Shown here: positions 29,913-39,099 of the stretch, piece by piece
How the letters are laid out: each line of letters opens with the position of its first letter
Numbering within the stretch: the first letter of the stretch is position 1
From: a virus
Taxonomy: Duplodnaviria > Caudoviricetes
Virus record (IMG/VR): IMGVR_UViG_3300033068_001704
Location: 158,155-222,154 of that record
DNA length: 64,000 bases
Direction: 5' to 3' (one strand)
Notes under the pieces: model-generated
The model's database searches: none
What the model was told of the DNA's origin: nothing
Seen by the model: only the letters and a program-made list of their open reading frames with translations
Position numbers and translations under genes: made by a program

Positions 29913-30089
29913 CTACGCGCCCGAGCCGTGCGGAGGCAGGTTCTCTGCCTCCGCGTCCTCATCATCAGGGGGTGTGGTGTGCGGCCCGATGTACACGCTC
30001 GTGTTCACCCCCGACCCCGGAGCTGAAGTCTCCTTCGAGTCGAAGGCAGGCCCGAGCTTGATGCGCCTTCGGGTCGGGGGCTCCTCCAT
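29913..30089 (-). CDS. Small hypothetical protein
   Basis: Coupled to the upstream minus-strand genes. Confidence 0.4.
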   Translation of the reverse strand: MEEPPTRRRIKLGPAFDSKETSAPGSGVNTSVYIGPHTTPPDDEDAEAENLPPHGSGA

Positions 30090-30349
30090 CACCAGCTCCC
30101 GAACTCGTTCTCCGAGTCCACGAAGGACACGGCCCAGGTCGTGACCTTCTTCAGCTCTTCCTGGGTGAGGGTTCGGGAAGAACCTTCGTGGGTGTCGTAG
30201 CACCCCGTCATCTGGAGGACGATCCCCTGGTTGGCGCGGTGGACCTGGAAGTGGGTGGCGATGACGTGGTCGTCCCCCTGACCAGCCGTCTCCCACGTCA
30301 CCTTCACGAAGCTTCCATCAGCGAGGAACTCACGGGTCCGAAGATTCAC
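30089..30349 (-). CDS. Hypothetical protein
   Basis: GTG start overlapping the previous stop. Confidence 0.55.
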   Translation of the reverse strand: MNLRTREFLADGSFVKVTWETAGQGDDHVIATHFQVHRANQGIVLQMTGCYDTHEGSSRTLTQEELKKVTTWAVSFVDSENEFGSW

Positions 30350-30594
30350 AGGGCCTCCGTTACGGTGAGGGACCCTACCTCGACCATGATGAATCTCCGG
30401 ACCGTGAACTCCTTCATGTCGTGCCCACCCCTCTTGAGGCGGTCCATCTCCATCTCGATGGTCTTGTCGGAGGTGTACGCCGTGGCGTGGAGGGGGCTGC
30501 TGACGAAGGTGCACCCGAGACCCTGATCGGAGTACCGGCCGGGGATCAGCCACCCCTTCTCGCGGTGGTGGATGTACGCGACATCGAGGCTCAT
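30346..30594 (-). CDS. Hypothetical protein
   Basis: ATGA overlap with the comM-like gene. Confidence 0.6.
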   Translation of the reverse strand: MSLDVAYIHHREKGWLIPGRYSDQGLGCTFVSSPLHATAYTSDKTIEMEMDRLKRGGHDMKEFTVRRFIMVEVGSLTVTEAL

Positions 30595-31850
30595 CGGAGG
30601 GCCTCCGTCTGCGCGGCCGAGCGCGTGACCGAGACTTGGGGGGTGTGGTCGCGGTTGTTGTGACGCACGTCTCGGATCGTGATGACGATGTCGAACAGGT
30701 CCTGGAGAGGAGCGATCCTGGACTTGAACGCCTCGATCCGAGCCGGCGTGCACGAACAGGTGTTGATCAGCTCCCCGTGGTAGCCGCACGGGCACGGAGC
30801 CATGGACCCGATGACGATCGGTCGTGCCGGCATGGTGGTGTGGGTCTCCTCTCGGACGACGACCACCTCCCCCTGCTTCAGCGCGTGGGCGAGGGCGTGC
30901 AGCGCGGAGAGCTGGAACTCCGGAAGCTCATCGAGAAACAGGACGCCGTTGTGCGCGAGCGTCACCTCCCCCGGTCGGATCGGGTCCCCTCCGCCGGTCA
31001 GGGCCGCCGTGCTGGCGGTGTGGTGAGGGGCCCGGAACGGACGGGAGAACGTCGAGGCGAGCATCCCCGAAGCGCTGGCGATCGAGGCGATCTCCTTCTC
31101 TTCGTCCGGGCTCGGGGTCGCGAGCAGGCTCACGAGGCACCGACCCAGCACGAGGCGACCCGAACCGGGAGGTCCGACGAGAAGGACGTTGAGCTTGTTC
31201 TTAGCCGCGAGCTTCAGCGCCTCCTTCGCCTCGTCGAGGCCGCGGATGTCGTCCAGGTTGGGGCCTTCCCGGTCCGGGACCTCTGCCGGGGGTTTCGTTG
31301 CCAGCACCGACCCGGGGACCGCGTCCAGGAGCGTCTTGATGGAGACCACGTCCTGGAGCGTCTTGACCTCGAAGAGGTCCATGCCCGGAACGAACTTGGC
31401 GTACCGAGCCGAGTCGCGTGGAACGAATGCCTGACGGACACCACGGTCGTAGGCTTCGAGGAGGATCGGGAGGAGACCTCGGACCGGGCGGACGTCCCCC
31501 GACAACGAGAGTTCACCCACGTAGATCGCGTCGTCCTCCATGATCCTGCCGGTTGCGGCGATGCAGGCCACGGCGATCGGGAGGTCGAGACTCGCCGACC
31601 CACGCTTCGGCAGATGAGGGCCGTTCACGGTCGCGGTCCACGCCTTGTCGGCGCGGGAGTCGTAGTAGCCGAATCGGAAAAGAGCCGAGGACACGCGGAT
31701 CCGGGTCTCGTTGTTCGAGACCTCGGTCAGCTTCGGACCCACGACGTCGATCGGACCTCGTCTCTGGTCCCCGCCTTCACCTACCTCGATGGTGATCGGA
31801 TGGCCCTTGACCCCTACCACGAACCCGGACTGAACTCTGAACACTGGCAC
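30591..31850 (-). CDS. ComM/YifB (Mg-chelatase-like AAA+) homologue, C-terminally shortened, Walker A Lys replaced by Arg
   Basis: LDLPIA, GELSLSGDVRPVRG, LLVGPPGSGR, RPFRAPHHTAS, PGEVTLAHNGVLFLDELPEF, PCPCG. Confidence 0.9.
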   Translation of the reverse strand: MPVFRVQSGFVVGVKGHPITIEVGEGGDQRRGPIDVVGPKLTEVSNNETRIRVSSALFRFGYYDSRADKAWTATVNGPHLPKRGSASLDLPIAVACIAATGRIMEDDAIYVGELSLSGDVRPVRGLLPILLEAYDRGVRQAFVPRDSARYAKFVPGMDLFEVKTLQDVVSIKTLLDAVPGSVLATKPPAEVPDREGPNLDDIRGLDEAKEALKLAAKNKLNVLLVGPPGSGRLVLGRCLVSLLATPSPDEEKEIASIASASGMLASTFSRPFRAPHHTASTAALTGGGDPIRPGEVTLAHNGVLFLDELPEFQLSALHALAHALKQGEVVVVREETHTTMPARPIVIGSMAPCPCGYHGELINTCSCTPARIEAFKSRIAPLQDLFDIVITIRDVRHNNRDHTPQVSVTRSAAQTEALR

Positions 31851-31860
31851 CTCCGGTATA

Positions 31861-31891
31861 TAAACGAGTGGGGCGAGGGTTCTTACCCCCC
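31861..31891 (-). promoter_or_regulatory. Phage promoter-like motif copy (GGGGGGTAA-N16-CGTTTA)
   Basis: Upstream of the comM-like gene. Confidence 0.65.
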
Positions 31892-31931
31892 AACGGCTCC
31901 GAGGCTGCGTCTATAGCTGCGCGTGGGAGAG

Positions 31932-33161
31932 ATGGCTGAACCGAAGATCGACCCGGCATGGGTGAAGGGCATCAGGGCATGGGTCAAGAAGACCTTCGCC
32001 CCGAAGACGTACCGCACCCCCGAGGAGGCACAGGCCCACGTCCAACGCCTTCTCAGGATCGAGTTCCCTCGGCTGGAGGAGTACCTCCTGCTCAAGAACG
32101 GGATGCTCCCTCGCCCCGGGAACGACCCGAAGCTCAAGTCGATCCTCGACAAGATGCGCGACAAGGTCTCTGAGGAGCTTGCCGCTGCTCGTGAGCAGAT
32201 CGACGAGGGGGGCGGGAAGATCCGGTTCTACATCGACGCCCTGACCCCCGGGACGAACGAGTACGAGTACCGCGATGACATGCGCAAGTTCTACGAGGGG
32301 AAGGAAGACGCCTACCTGAAGGCGGTGTCGGAGTTCGCTGACGAAGCGATCAGCAAGGCCGAGGCGATTCTCTCTGGGAAGCTTCTCCGCTTCCTCTCCA
32401 CGTGGCTCGCGAAGTACAGCGATGGGGTGGCGTTCGAGCCCGATGGGATCCTCACCGAGTACGCCATCGGGAAGATGAAGTTCGTCTGGGACGCGAACAC
32501 GTTCCCGAAGAGCCAGCGCAGGGACCCCTACACCCTCAAGGACTACGTCCCGCACCTCGCGAAGGCCCATGCTCTCCTCGAACGGAAGGGGCTCGGGTCC
32601 GTCTGGTACGGGGTCACCCTCATCTCATGCAAGGGCTGCGGGGGCGACAACCCTCATGGTATCCACTTCGGTGTCGGGGGCCACTGGCGCCCCGACCTCG
32701 ACAGAGTTGTGATCTTCAGCGACCCCAGCCGGTACATCACCGAGCTGATGGTCCACGAACTGGGTCACCGCTACTTCTACAAGAACATGAGCCAGGGCGA
32801 CCGAGCCCGCTTCAATTCGTACTTCGGCGAGGTGGGCGCAACGTCCACGTATGGTGCGACGGCGAGCGAGGAGGACTTCGCTGAGGTCTTCTCCTCATTC
32901 GTCCTCGGCCGAGACATGACCCGCGACCAGATCGAGCGCTTCAAGGAGTTCCTCGCGGGCGAGGACCGAAAGCGTCTCGCCTCCCAGCAGGATCCGATCG
33001 TGAAGTCCGTGCAGGCCGTCTTGGAGCGTCATGGTCATGGAGGTTCGTACGCAGAGGACATCGCGTACGAGGTTCAGAACCAGCTCGCCGGCCGCATGGC
33101 CTCCAGTGTCGCGGCGCGCGCCATCGATAACTACTTTCTGGGACGGGTAGGATCCGAATGA
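31932..33161 (+). CDS. Zincin-like metallopeptidase domain protein
   Basis: MVHELGHRY...STYG...EEDFAEVF. Confidence 0.75.
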   Translation: MAEPKIDPAWVKGIRAWVKKTFAPKTYRTPEEAQAHVQRLLRIEFPRLEEYLLLKNGMLPRPGNDPKLKSILDKMRDKVSEELAAAREQIDEGGGKIRFYIDALTPGTNEYEYRDDMRKFYEGKEDAYLKAVSEFADEAISKAEAILSGKLLRFLSTWLAKYSDGVAFEPDGILTEYAIGKMKFVWDANTFPKSQRRDPYTLKDYVPHLAKAHALLERKGLGSVWYGVTLISCKGCGGDNPHGIHFGVGGHWRPDLDRVVIFSDPSRYITELMVHELGHRYFYKNMSQGDRARFNSYFGEVGATSTYGATASEEDFAEVFSSFVLGRDMTRDQIERFKEFLAGEDRKRLASQQDPIVKSVQAVLERHGHGGSYAEDIAYEVQNQLAGRMASSVAARAIDNYFLGRVGSE

Positions 33162-33829
33162 CTCTTCGTAAGACCTCGGCGGAACGGGTGGCGAGGGTTG
33201 CATCCCTCAAGATGGCACTCGATACGAAGCAGTGGGGACCCTTCCGCTTCGAGATCGACCGTCCGAAAGGCTTCGTCAAGGAGTGGCCTCAGGACGATGG
33301 GTCGGTGAAGAAGTACAAGTACCCGGTGGACTACGGGTACTTTGTCGAGCACACGGGGGAGGACGACGAGGGTCTCGACGCCTTCGTCGGAGACGACCCG
33401 ACCGGCAAGATCGAGAGCTTCATGAAGATGCGTCGCGACGACGACGGGAAGCTCATCGAAGACGAGACCAAGTTCCTCATCGGCCTGACTGCGGAAGAAC
33501 GCAAGAAGGTCATGGGGCTGTATGAGAAGGGCGAGATCGTTGATCTCCGTGAGTACGAGGATTTCTACGAATTGGTGAACACTCTCAAGGGCTTCAGGGA
33601 CAAGACTGCGTCCCGCGTGGCTTCCCGCTTCATTCAGGCACGCGCATCGGTGCCGGACCGCCTCCGAGTCAACGGGATCGCGTTCGACGTGATCTCCACG
33701 ACCTCCAACGGGCTGTTCATCTACCTCTCGGACCCTGCCTCCCCCAAGGAGAAGCACGTCCTCGCGTACCACGAGCGAGCCGGCTGGACGCTCGACCGGA
33801 AGCCCGTGAAGACGATGACCGCAGGCTGA
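33158..33829 (+). CDS. Inorganic pyrophosphatase-like domain protein
   Basis: EIDRPKG...YPVDYGY...GEDDEGLDAFVG...DETKFLIG. Confidence 0.75.
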   Translation: MTLRKTSAERVARVASLKMALDTKQWGPFRFEIDRPKGFVKEWPQDDGSVKKYKYPVDYGYFVEHTGEDDEGLDAFVGDDPTGKIESFMKMRRDDDGKLIEDETKFLIGLTAEERKKVMGLYEKGEIVDLREYEDFYELVNTLKGFRDKTASRVASRFIQARASVPDRLRVNGIAFDVISTTSNGLFIYLSDPASPKEKHVLAYHERAGWTLDRKPVKTMTAG

Positions 33830-33880
33830 TCCTTTTCGGGAAGTAAAAGCCGGCGCCAGGGGGCGTAAGGGAAGGGAGCA

Positions 33881-34978
33881 ATGGCTACCCTCATCCCCGC
33901 CCAGGGCGAGACGACTCAGATCGAGGCCCCAACCACCCTCCGAGAGGTGGATGCCCTCGTGCGCGCCCCCTCAGGGGAGTTCGTCCGTCGGGTCTACCAG
34001 GACCCGGCGGGGGGCATCTTCGTGTCGGATGCCCAACCCACCACGCTCAATGAGCGAGGGACGAAGCTCGTCCAAGCGAGGGGTGGGAGCGGGATGAAGG
34101 TGTACGGCACCTTGATCTACCTCTCCGTCTCGGAGTGGCAGATCATCCTTGTGGATGAGGCGGTGAGCGACCCCAGCCCCCAACCCCTGAACATCACCGG
34201 GCCGGCGGCGGTGAAGCCCGCGCAGAAGGCGATGGTCCCTGTCCATGGGAACACGTTCCCGGTGAAGGGCAAGCTCAAGGCGCTCGGGGGGCTCTGGGAC
34301 TCGAAGGAGGGGGCGTGGATGGTCCCTTTCGATCGTGAGGGGGAGGCCCTGGCGATCGTTGCGTCGCAGGACACGACCCCCACGGAGGAGTTGACGAAAC
34401 GTCAGAACTCCCAGGGGGACAACTGCATCCGATGCAACACCTACTGCCCCATCCGAACGGGGCGGATCGTCGTGATCAACGGCAAATCTCGTGTTCAGTG
34501 CAGTGACACGTCGGCATGCTCGGAGCGAGTGTCCGACCGTAAGGAGGGGAAGAAGGGGGAGAACTACGAGGCGAGGCGTGTGTCCCTGGTGCATGGCCTG
34601 GTGAAGACCACATGCGGGACGATCCGTGGTCTCCCCGCTCGACTCTCCTACCTTCGTGTTGCCCAAGGGCTCACGGGCGGGCGAACGGCACGGCTCTGTG
34701 AGACGCGGCTCAGTGACGGTCGCCTTGTCTATGTCGAGACCCTTGCCGCTGACTCGAAGGGGATGGAGACGGTCTACTACTACCTGCCCATGGATGCGGC
34801 CGAAGAGGCGTGGGGTCGGTACGCGATGACCGAGCAGATCTCGAAGGAAGCGGCGGAGGATTGGCTTCGGGGGAACCGCGGGGACGTGGACACCGAGATG
34901 TATGAGTACCTCGCCTCCCTCGCAGACTCCGGGGTGACCGCTCCCGTCCAACAGATGCGGTACGGTGGAGGACAATGA
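33881..34978 (+). CDS. Multi-domain hypothetical protein
   Basis: GNTFPVKGKLKALGGLWD..W small domain and CxxC motifs. Confidence 0.7.
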   Translation: MATLIPAQGETTQIEAPTTLREVDALVRAPSGEFVRRVYQDPAGGIFVSDAQPTTLNERGTKLVQARGGSGMKVYGTLIYLSVSEWQIILVDEAVSDPSPQPLNITGPAAVKPAQKAMVPVHGNTFPVKGKLKALGGLWDSKEGAWMVPFDREGEALAIVASQDTTPTEELTKRQNSQGDNCIRCNTYCPIRTGRIVVINGKSRVQCSDTSACSERVSDRKEGKKGENYEARRVSLVHGLVKTTCGTIRGLPARLSYLRVAQGLTGGRTARLCETRLSDGRLVYVETLAADSKGMETVYYYLPMDAAEEAWGRYAMTEQISKEAAEDWLRGNRGDVDTEMYEYLASLADSGVTAPVQQMRYGGGQ

Positions 34979-35217
34979 AGGAGATCCTGGTCGCGGCGTG
35001 CCTCAGCGCGTGTTCTGGGTTCGGCGGAAATCTCGTTTCTGTGGACTTTTCGATGAGTTTCATCGAGGGTCCCGAAGGCGAACCGTGCCGCTGCCGGGAC
35101 GAAGTCGGGAAGTTTCGGACCGTGTTGTACCCTGCGGCCGATGACTTCGCGACGAGTGCTGGGGTCGAACTCGATTGTGGGATCGACGACATGAACGACA
35201 ATCGAGGGATCGAGTGA
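34975..35217 (+). CDS. Hypothetical protein
   Basis: ATGA overlap. Confidence 0.5.
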   Translation: MKEILVAACLSACSGFGGNLVSVDFSMSFIEGPEGEPCRCRDEVGKFRTVLYPAADDFATSAGVELDCGIDDMNDNRGIE

Positions 35218-36095
35218 GCACCCAGAAGAAGGAAACTCAGGCCCAGATCGCCGCTCGTCTGGGGATCACCCGCCAAGCTCTGCACGCCAGGCGCAAGAAG
35301 TGGGGGGACAAGAGAGCCGAGGCCACGCCGAAGATGGCGGACAACCCCAGGTACCGAGGGGTGGACACCATCACGGCAAGGTGTGCTCGTCTCGGGCTCG
35401 CCCCCAACACGTACTACTCCCGTCGAGCAAGAGGTCTCTCCCCTGAGGAAGCTTTCGGCGTGGATGTGGCGGTGAAAGGCGTAAGCACCTCTACCATGCT
35501 CTCGAACATCGCCGGGGACCCCGCCCTCACCCCCAGAATCCACGCTGCGATCGACGCCACGAAGGTGTACAGCCGGAGCTACTGGGATCAGATCTGCGCG
35601 CAGCGAGACCCCCGCCGATCGACGGCGGCTGGAAGTGTTCTCGCGTTGCGCTCCAGCTACCAGGGGTCCATCGAGGATGCCCTCCGATCCGCCGAGTGGG
35701 CGGAGTTCGAGCACAAGGAGATCACGAAGGGGGTCTTCGGGTTCCGCACGTTCGACCTTCAGGGGCAGTTCGGGATCGTGGACCTGAGGTCGATCCCGAA
35801 GGAGGTCGCTTCGGTCGAGAAGGTGCTCCTCATCGACCCGAAGGAGACCGGGTTTGCGGAGGCACAGATCGCCCGTCCGCGCGGCCAGGACGTCGCGTAC
35901 GTGACGATCCTTCTCGGGGCGAGCCCCAACGACCCGAACGTGGAGATCGTCTGGACGTTCTTCCCCGGACCCCCGATCTCTCCGTCCCAGCTCGCCAACC
36001 CCGGCTTCGCCCAGCGGGAAGTTACGGTCGCCGAGGCGGTTCACCTCGGACTCCAGTGGGCGAAGTGCGTCGAGCCCTGGGGGTCCCTCTCGTGA
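35214..36095 (+). CDS. HTH DNA-binding domain protein
   Basis: TQAQIAARLGITRQAL and a second HTH-like unit (CARLGL...YYSRRARGLSPEEA). Confidence 0.65.
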   Translation: MSTQKKETQAQIAARLGITRQALHARRKKWGDKRAEATPKMADNPRYRGVDTITARCARLGLAPNTYYSRRARGLSPEEAFGVDVAVKGVSTSTMLSNIAGDPALTPRIHAAIDATKVYSRSYWDQICAQRDPRRSTAAGSVLALRSSYQGSIEDALRSAEWAEFEHKEITKGVFGFRTFDLQGQFGIVDLRSIPKEVASVEKVLLIDPKETGFAEAQIARPRGQDVAYVTILLGASPNDPNVEIVWTFFPGPPISPSQLANPGFAQREVTVAEAVHLGLQWAKCVEPWGSLS

Positions 36096-36343
36096 GGCAG
36101 AAGACGGTCGGCGAGGAGGCGCGAGAGACCGCGGCCTCCCTGGTCGTGCAGCCGAAGACGGCGAGCGACCCGCTTGAGCCCTTACTGTGCCCGTTCTGCG
36201 GTTCGAGCATGGTCGAGGTCTGTGGCCCTACGGCTCCGTGGAAGACCTACCACGTCCGATGCAACGAGGTCGCCTGCGGATGTGACGGTCCGGGTGGGAT
36301 GACGCGGGACGAGGCGATCGAGAAGTGGAACGCGGGCCCGTGA
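36092..36343 (+). CDS. Lar (restriction alleviation) family zinc-ribbon protein 1
   Basis: LCPFCG...VRCNEVACGCDGP...TRDEAIEKWN. Confidence 0.7.
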   Translation: MRQKTVGEEARETAASLVVQPKTASDPLEPLLCPFCGSSMVEVCGPTAPWKTYHVRCNEVACGCDGPGGMTRDEAIEKWNAGP

Positions 36344-36645
36344 AGTCGTACCGACTCAAAGCCGAGCCCGGGGTCCTGAAGGAGTGCCCGTTCTGTCGGG
36401 GGGAGACGCTCCAGGTCTGCTTCAACGGCATCGAGCACTTCGTGCTCTGCACCGGGGCCCCAGAGATGCTTCCGGGAGAGGTCGTCCGCTCGACCCGCAG
36501 GGATGACGCCCCGGGGTGCGGGGCGTCAGGCCCGGCGAGCACGATGTCTCGGACGGTCGCGATGGAGAAGTGGAACTCCCGGGGCAAGATCGAGGTCGCC
36601 GAGGTCCTCACCAGGTGGGAGACGGAGAAGGTCCTCGGGGGGTAA
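36340..36645 (+). CDS. Lar (restriction alleviation) family zinc-ribbon protein 2
   Basis: LKECPFCRG...VLC...GCGASGP...AMEKWNSR. Confidence 0.65.
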   Translation: MKSYRLKAEPGVLKECPFCRGETLQVCFNGIEHFVLCTGAPEMLPGEVVRSTRRDDAPGCGASGPASTMSRTVAMEKWNSRGKIEVAEVLTRWETEKVLGG

Positions 36646-36667
36646 ATCCTCCGACCTGTCCCGTTAC
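36637..36667 (+). promoter_or_regulatory. Phage promoter-like motif copy (GGGGGGTAA-N16-CGTTAC)
   Basis: 19 nt before ATG 36687, which has an AGGAGG RBS. Confidence 0.7.
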
Positions 36668-36686
36668 CTGTCAGCAGGAGGATCTG

Positions 36687-36956
36687 ATGGCATCGTTCGA
36701 CCTGACCCCCTACCGTCTCACCGATGGGCGCCTGCTGGCGTTCTCTTCGTACGGCAGCTACCCCCTCGTCTACATCACGGCGGACGGTGGTGACCTGTGC
36801 GCCAAGTGCGCGCACGAAGAAGGGAGCACGGATGACGACGCCGAGAAGCAGTGGCGGATCATCGGGGTGGATGCCAACTGGAGCGACCCCGATCGGAACT
36901 GCGCGCACTGCTACGAGCGCATCGAGTCGGCGTACGCGGAAGACGAAGTCGCATGA
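36687..36956 (+). CDS. Hypothetical CxxC protein
   Basis: AGGAGG RBS; LCAKC...NCAHC. Confidence 0.7.
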   Translation: MASFDLTPYRLTDGRLLAFSSYGSYPLVYITADGGDLCAKCAHEEGSTDDDAEKQWRIIGVDANWSDPDRNCAHCYERIESAYAEDEVA

Positions 36957-37324
36957 GCGACCTCCTCGTTCGGGTCCCTCTCGCTGATGCCGAGGACTTC
37001 TGGAAGGAAGTCTCGTTGGAGCGTGGGTCCTTCGATTGGTGGAAGCTCGACCGGAAGCCGAAGCGGTTTCGGAGCGACCTCCTCTTCTTCGCGCTCGGCG
37101 ATCACGTGGTCGCATGGGCCCACAGCACGATGTTGAACAGCGGCAAGCTCATCTTGCCGGACGGCAAAGAGGTGTGGGGCGAGTACGTCACCTGGCCGGC
37201 GGAGACGTTCAACAAGATCGAGAACCCGATCCCACTGGCAGACATCGGGATCCCGGTTCCGCGTGGGTTCGCGTACTGCGACCGCACGAACCTGAGGGAG
37301 CTGGTCAGATGGACGAGCACGTGA
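36953..37324 (+). CDS. Hypothetical protein, possibly PUA/ASCH-like
   Basis: ATGA overlap; WWK..RKPK...LFF...PVPRGFAY. Confidence 0.55.
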   Translation: MSDLLVRVPLADAEDFWKEVSLERGSFDWWKLDRKPKRFRSDLLFFALGDHVVAWAHSTMLNSGKLILPDGKEVWGEYVTWPAETFNKIENPIPLADIGIPVPRGFAYCDRTNLRELVRWTST

Positions 37325-37770
37325 ACGCAGAAGACTCCGAGTTCATCCGCCAGGCCGACCTGAGCAACGACGAGGTCTTCGCCGAGGTCGTGCGTCGGGT
37401 CATCCATTCGATCGGTGCGACCGCGGTCAGCTCGGCGCTGCGGGTGTCGATCCCAACGGTCGATCGTTGGGCGTATGGGATCACCACCCCGCATGAAAGG
37501 ATGCGGGAGCCGATCCGGCGTCTCGCTATGAAGGAGAAGGCCGATCCCGATCCGGGGGACCTCGCGTTCTACTGGTGTGTGCTGGAGGCGGATGTTGTCG
37601 TAGGGTACTTCACCGACGCCTCCCCTGTCTGGACCAACGACTGGCGGCAAGCGAGGATGTACCGGAGCGCATCGGAAGCGAGGGATGGCTGTGCGAGTCG
37701 GGATGGGGAGGACTGGATCCTCCTTTCGGTCCAGCGTGTTCCCGAGGCGGCGTGGCGCCTGAAGAAGTAG
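37309..37770 (+). CDS. HTH-containing hypothetical protein
   Basis: VSSALRVSIPTVDRWAYG..TPH. Confidence 0.55.
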   Translation: MDEHVNAEDSEFIRQADLSNDEVFAEVVRRVIHSIGATAVSSALRVSIPTVDRWAYGITTPHERMREPIRRLAMKEKADPDPGDLAFYWCVLEADVVVGYFTDASPVWTNDWRQARMYRSASEARDGCASRDGEDWILLSVQRVPEAAWRLKK

Positions 37771-37775
37771 GTCCT

Positions 37776-37991
37776 ATGGTTGTCGTACTCACGGGCAAGA
37801 TTCTCTTCGGGATCCTGGGTTGGATCCTCGCCATCTTCACTGCGGGATTCCTGGCTGGGGCGGTGGTCACCTATCGCCGTGCCATCGTGTATCTCAACGA
37901 GGCGAAAGAGGTGCTCGACGTCAACGAAACGACGCATGGGATGATCGCCTCGATGAAGCAGGAAGCGGAGGCAGACCGCTCGGAGCAATGA
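37776..37991 (+). CDS. Small membrane protein
   Basis: Long hydrophobic N-terminus. Confidence 0.55.
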   Translation: MVVVLTGKILFGILGWILAIFTAGFLAGAVVTYRRAIVYLNEAKEVLDVNETTHGMIASMKQEAEADRSEQ

Positions 37992-38015
37992 GAGGTCTAT
38001 CCGACCCGCTTCTGC

Positions 38016-38627
38016 ATGAAGCGCTGTCTCGGAATCCTCCTCGCCCTTCTCCCCATCGTGGTTGCGGTCCCTCTGCTGGGATGTCCGCCCCCGCTTCCCC
38101 CCGGAGCGATGCGACCCCCGAGCGCACCGGACCTCCGCGCCCTCGACCTCGTCATCGCTGAGGCTTCCGCCCGCGGACTCAACGTCCAGGGGCGTTGCAT
38201 GGAGGAGCGGGAAGATCGCTTCGTGATCGTCGTGGCCGACGACGCCACGATGCAGCGGGGAGTTGGGTACTGCGCGAGTCAGGGGGACATCTGTCTCTCG
38301 ACCGCTTCTCTACCCACGGCGGAGGAGCGCTTCTACGCCAGGGCCGAGCAGGGGTGCCTTCTCGGGAAGTGTGTCAGCGGGGCAACTACCTGGGCGCAGG
38401 ATGACGTGTGGCCGTTGAACCTCGGCCGTTGGCGGGTCGAGATGTACGTTTCGGCGTACGTGGACGAGCGGACACATGCGAATGTCGTGGTGCACGAGGC
38501 AGTGCACTGGATCTTGAGCTGCGCGGCTGGCGGCGCAGACCATGGTCACGCGACGCCTGGGATGTGGGGCGGAGCCGGCTCGTTGGAGGGAACGGTCCAG
38601 GCCGCACTCGCGGCTGAACTGCCCTGA
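38016..38627 (+). CDS. Predicted lipoprotein with HExxH metallopeptidase motif
   Basis: Signal peptide with LLGC lipobox; VVHEAVHW...DHGH. Confidence 0.65.
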   Translation: MKRCLGILLALLPIVVAVPLLGCPPPLPPGAMRPPSAPDLRALDLVIAEASARGLNVQGRCMEEREDRFVIVVADDATMQRGVGYCASQGDICLSTASLPTAEERFYARAEQGCLLGKCVSGATTWAQDDVWPLNLGRWRVEMYVSAYVDERTHANVVVHEAVHWILSCAAGGADHGHATPGMWGGAGSLEGTVQAALAAELP

Positions 38628-38642
38628 TCGGTACCGTAGGTC

Positions 38643-38870
38643 ATGGGCGACCATGAGAGGGATGACATCCTGATGCACTCTGAGCATCGGGAAGATGGCT
38701 GGTACGTCATCGTGAGGGTCGTCCCCTCAGGACATAGAGATCTCCCCTTCGATCATCCGGATGTACAGGCATGGGAATACGGGCCCGTCGATACGGAAGA
38801 GGAGGTGGAGATCATCCGGGACAGGGTCCGGAAATCCATCGCCCAACTCGTCACCCGGCTGCTCAACTAG
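38643..38870 (+). CDS. Hypothetical protein
   Basis: Clean short ORF. Confidence 0.55.
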   Translation: MGDHERDDILMHSEHREDGWYVIVRVVPSGHRDLPFDHPDVQAWEYGPVDTEEEVEIIRDRVRKSIAQLVTRLLN

Positions 38871-38882
38871 GTATGATGGCTC

Positions 38883-39089
38883 ATGGCCATCTACACAAAC
38901 TTCATCTGTGAGCATGGGACCCCGGGGAACCATTGTCCCATGATGCCTCTGAACTTCGACTCGCTGGAAGAGACATGGGGTGACATGGTCGCCTTCGCTC
39001 AGTCCCACGGGTGGAAGTTCGAGGGGGGCCCCAAGCAGGCCGAGATGAAGTGCTGGTGCCCGAAGCACGCGGACGAGGCCTGTCGCTGA
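38883..39089 (+). CDS. Small Cys/His protein
   Basis: ICEH...HC...WCPKH. Confidence 0.55.
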   Translation: MAIYTNFICEHGTPGNHCPMMPLNFDSLEETWGDMVAFAQSHGWKFEGGPKQAEMKCWCPKHADEACR

Positions 39090-39099
39090 TGTAGACGTC

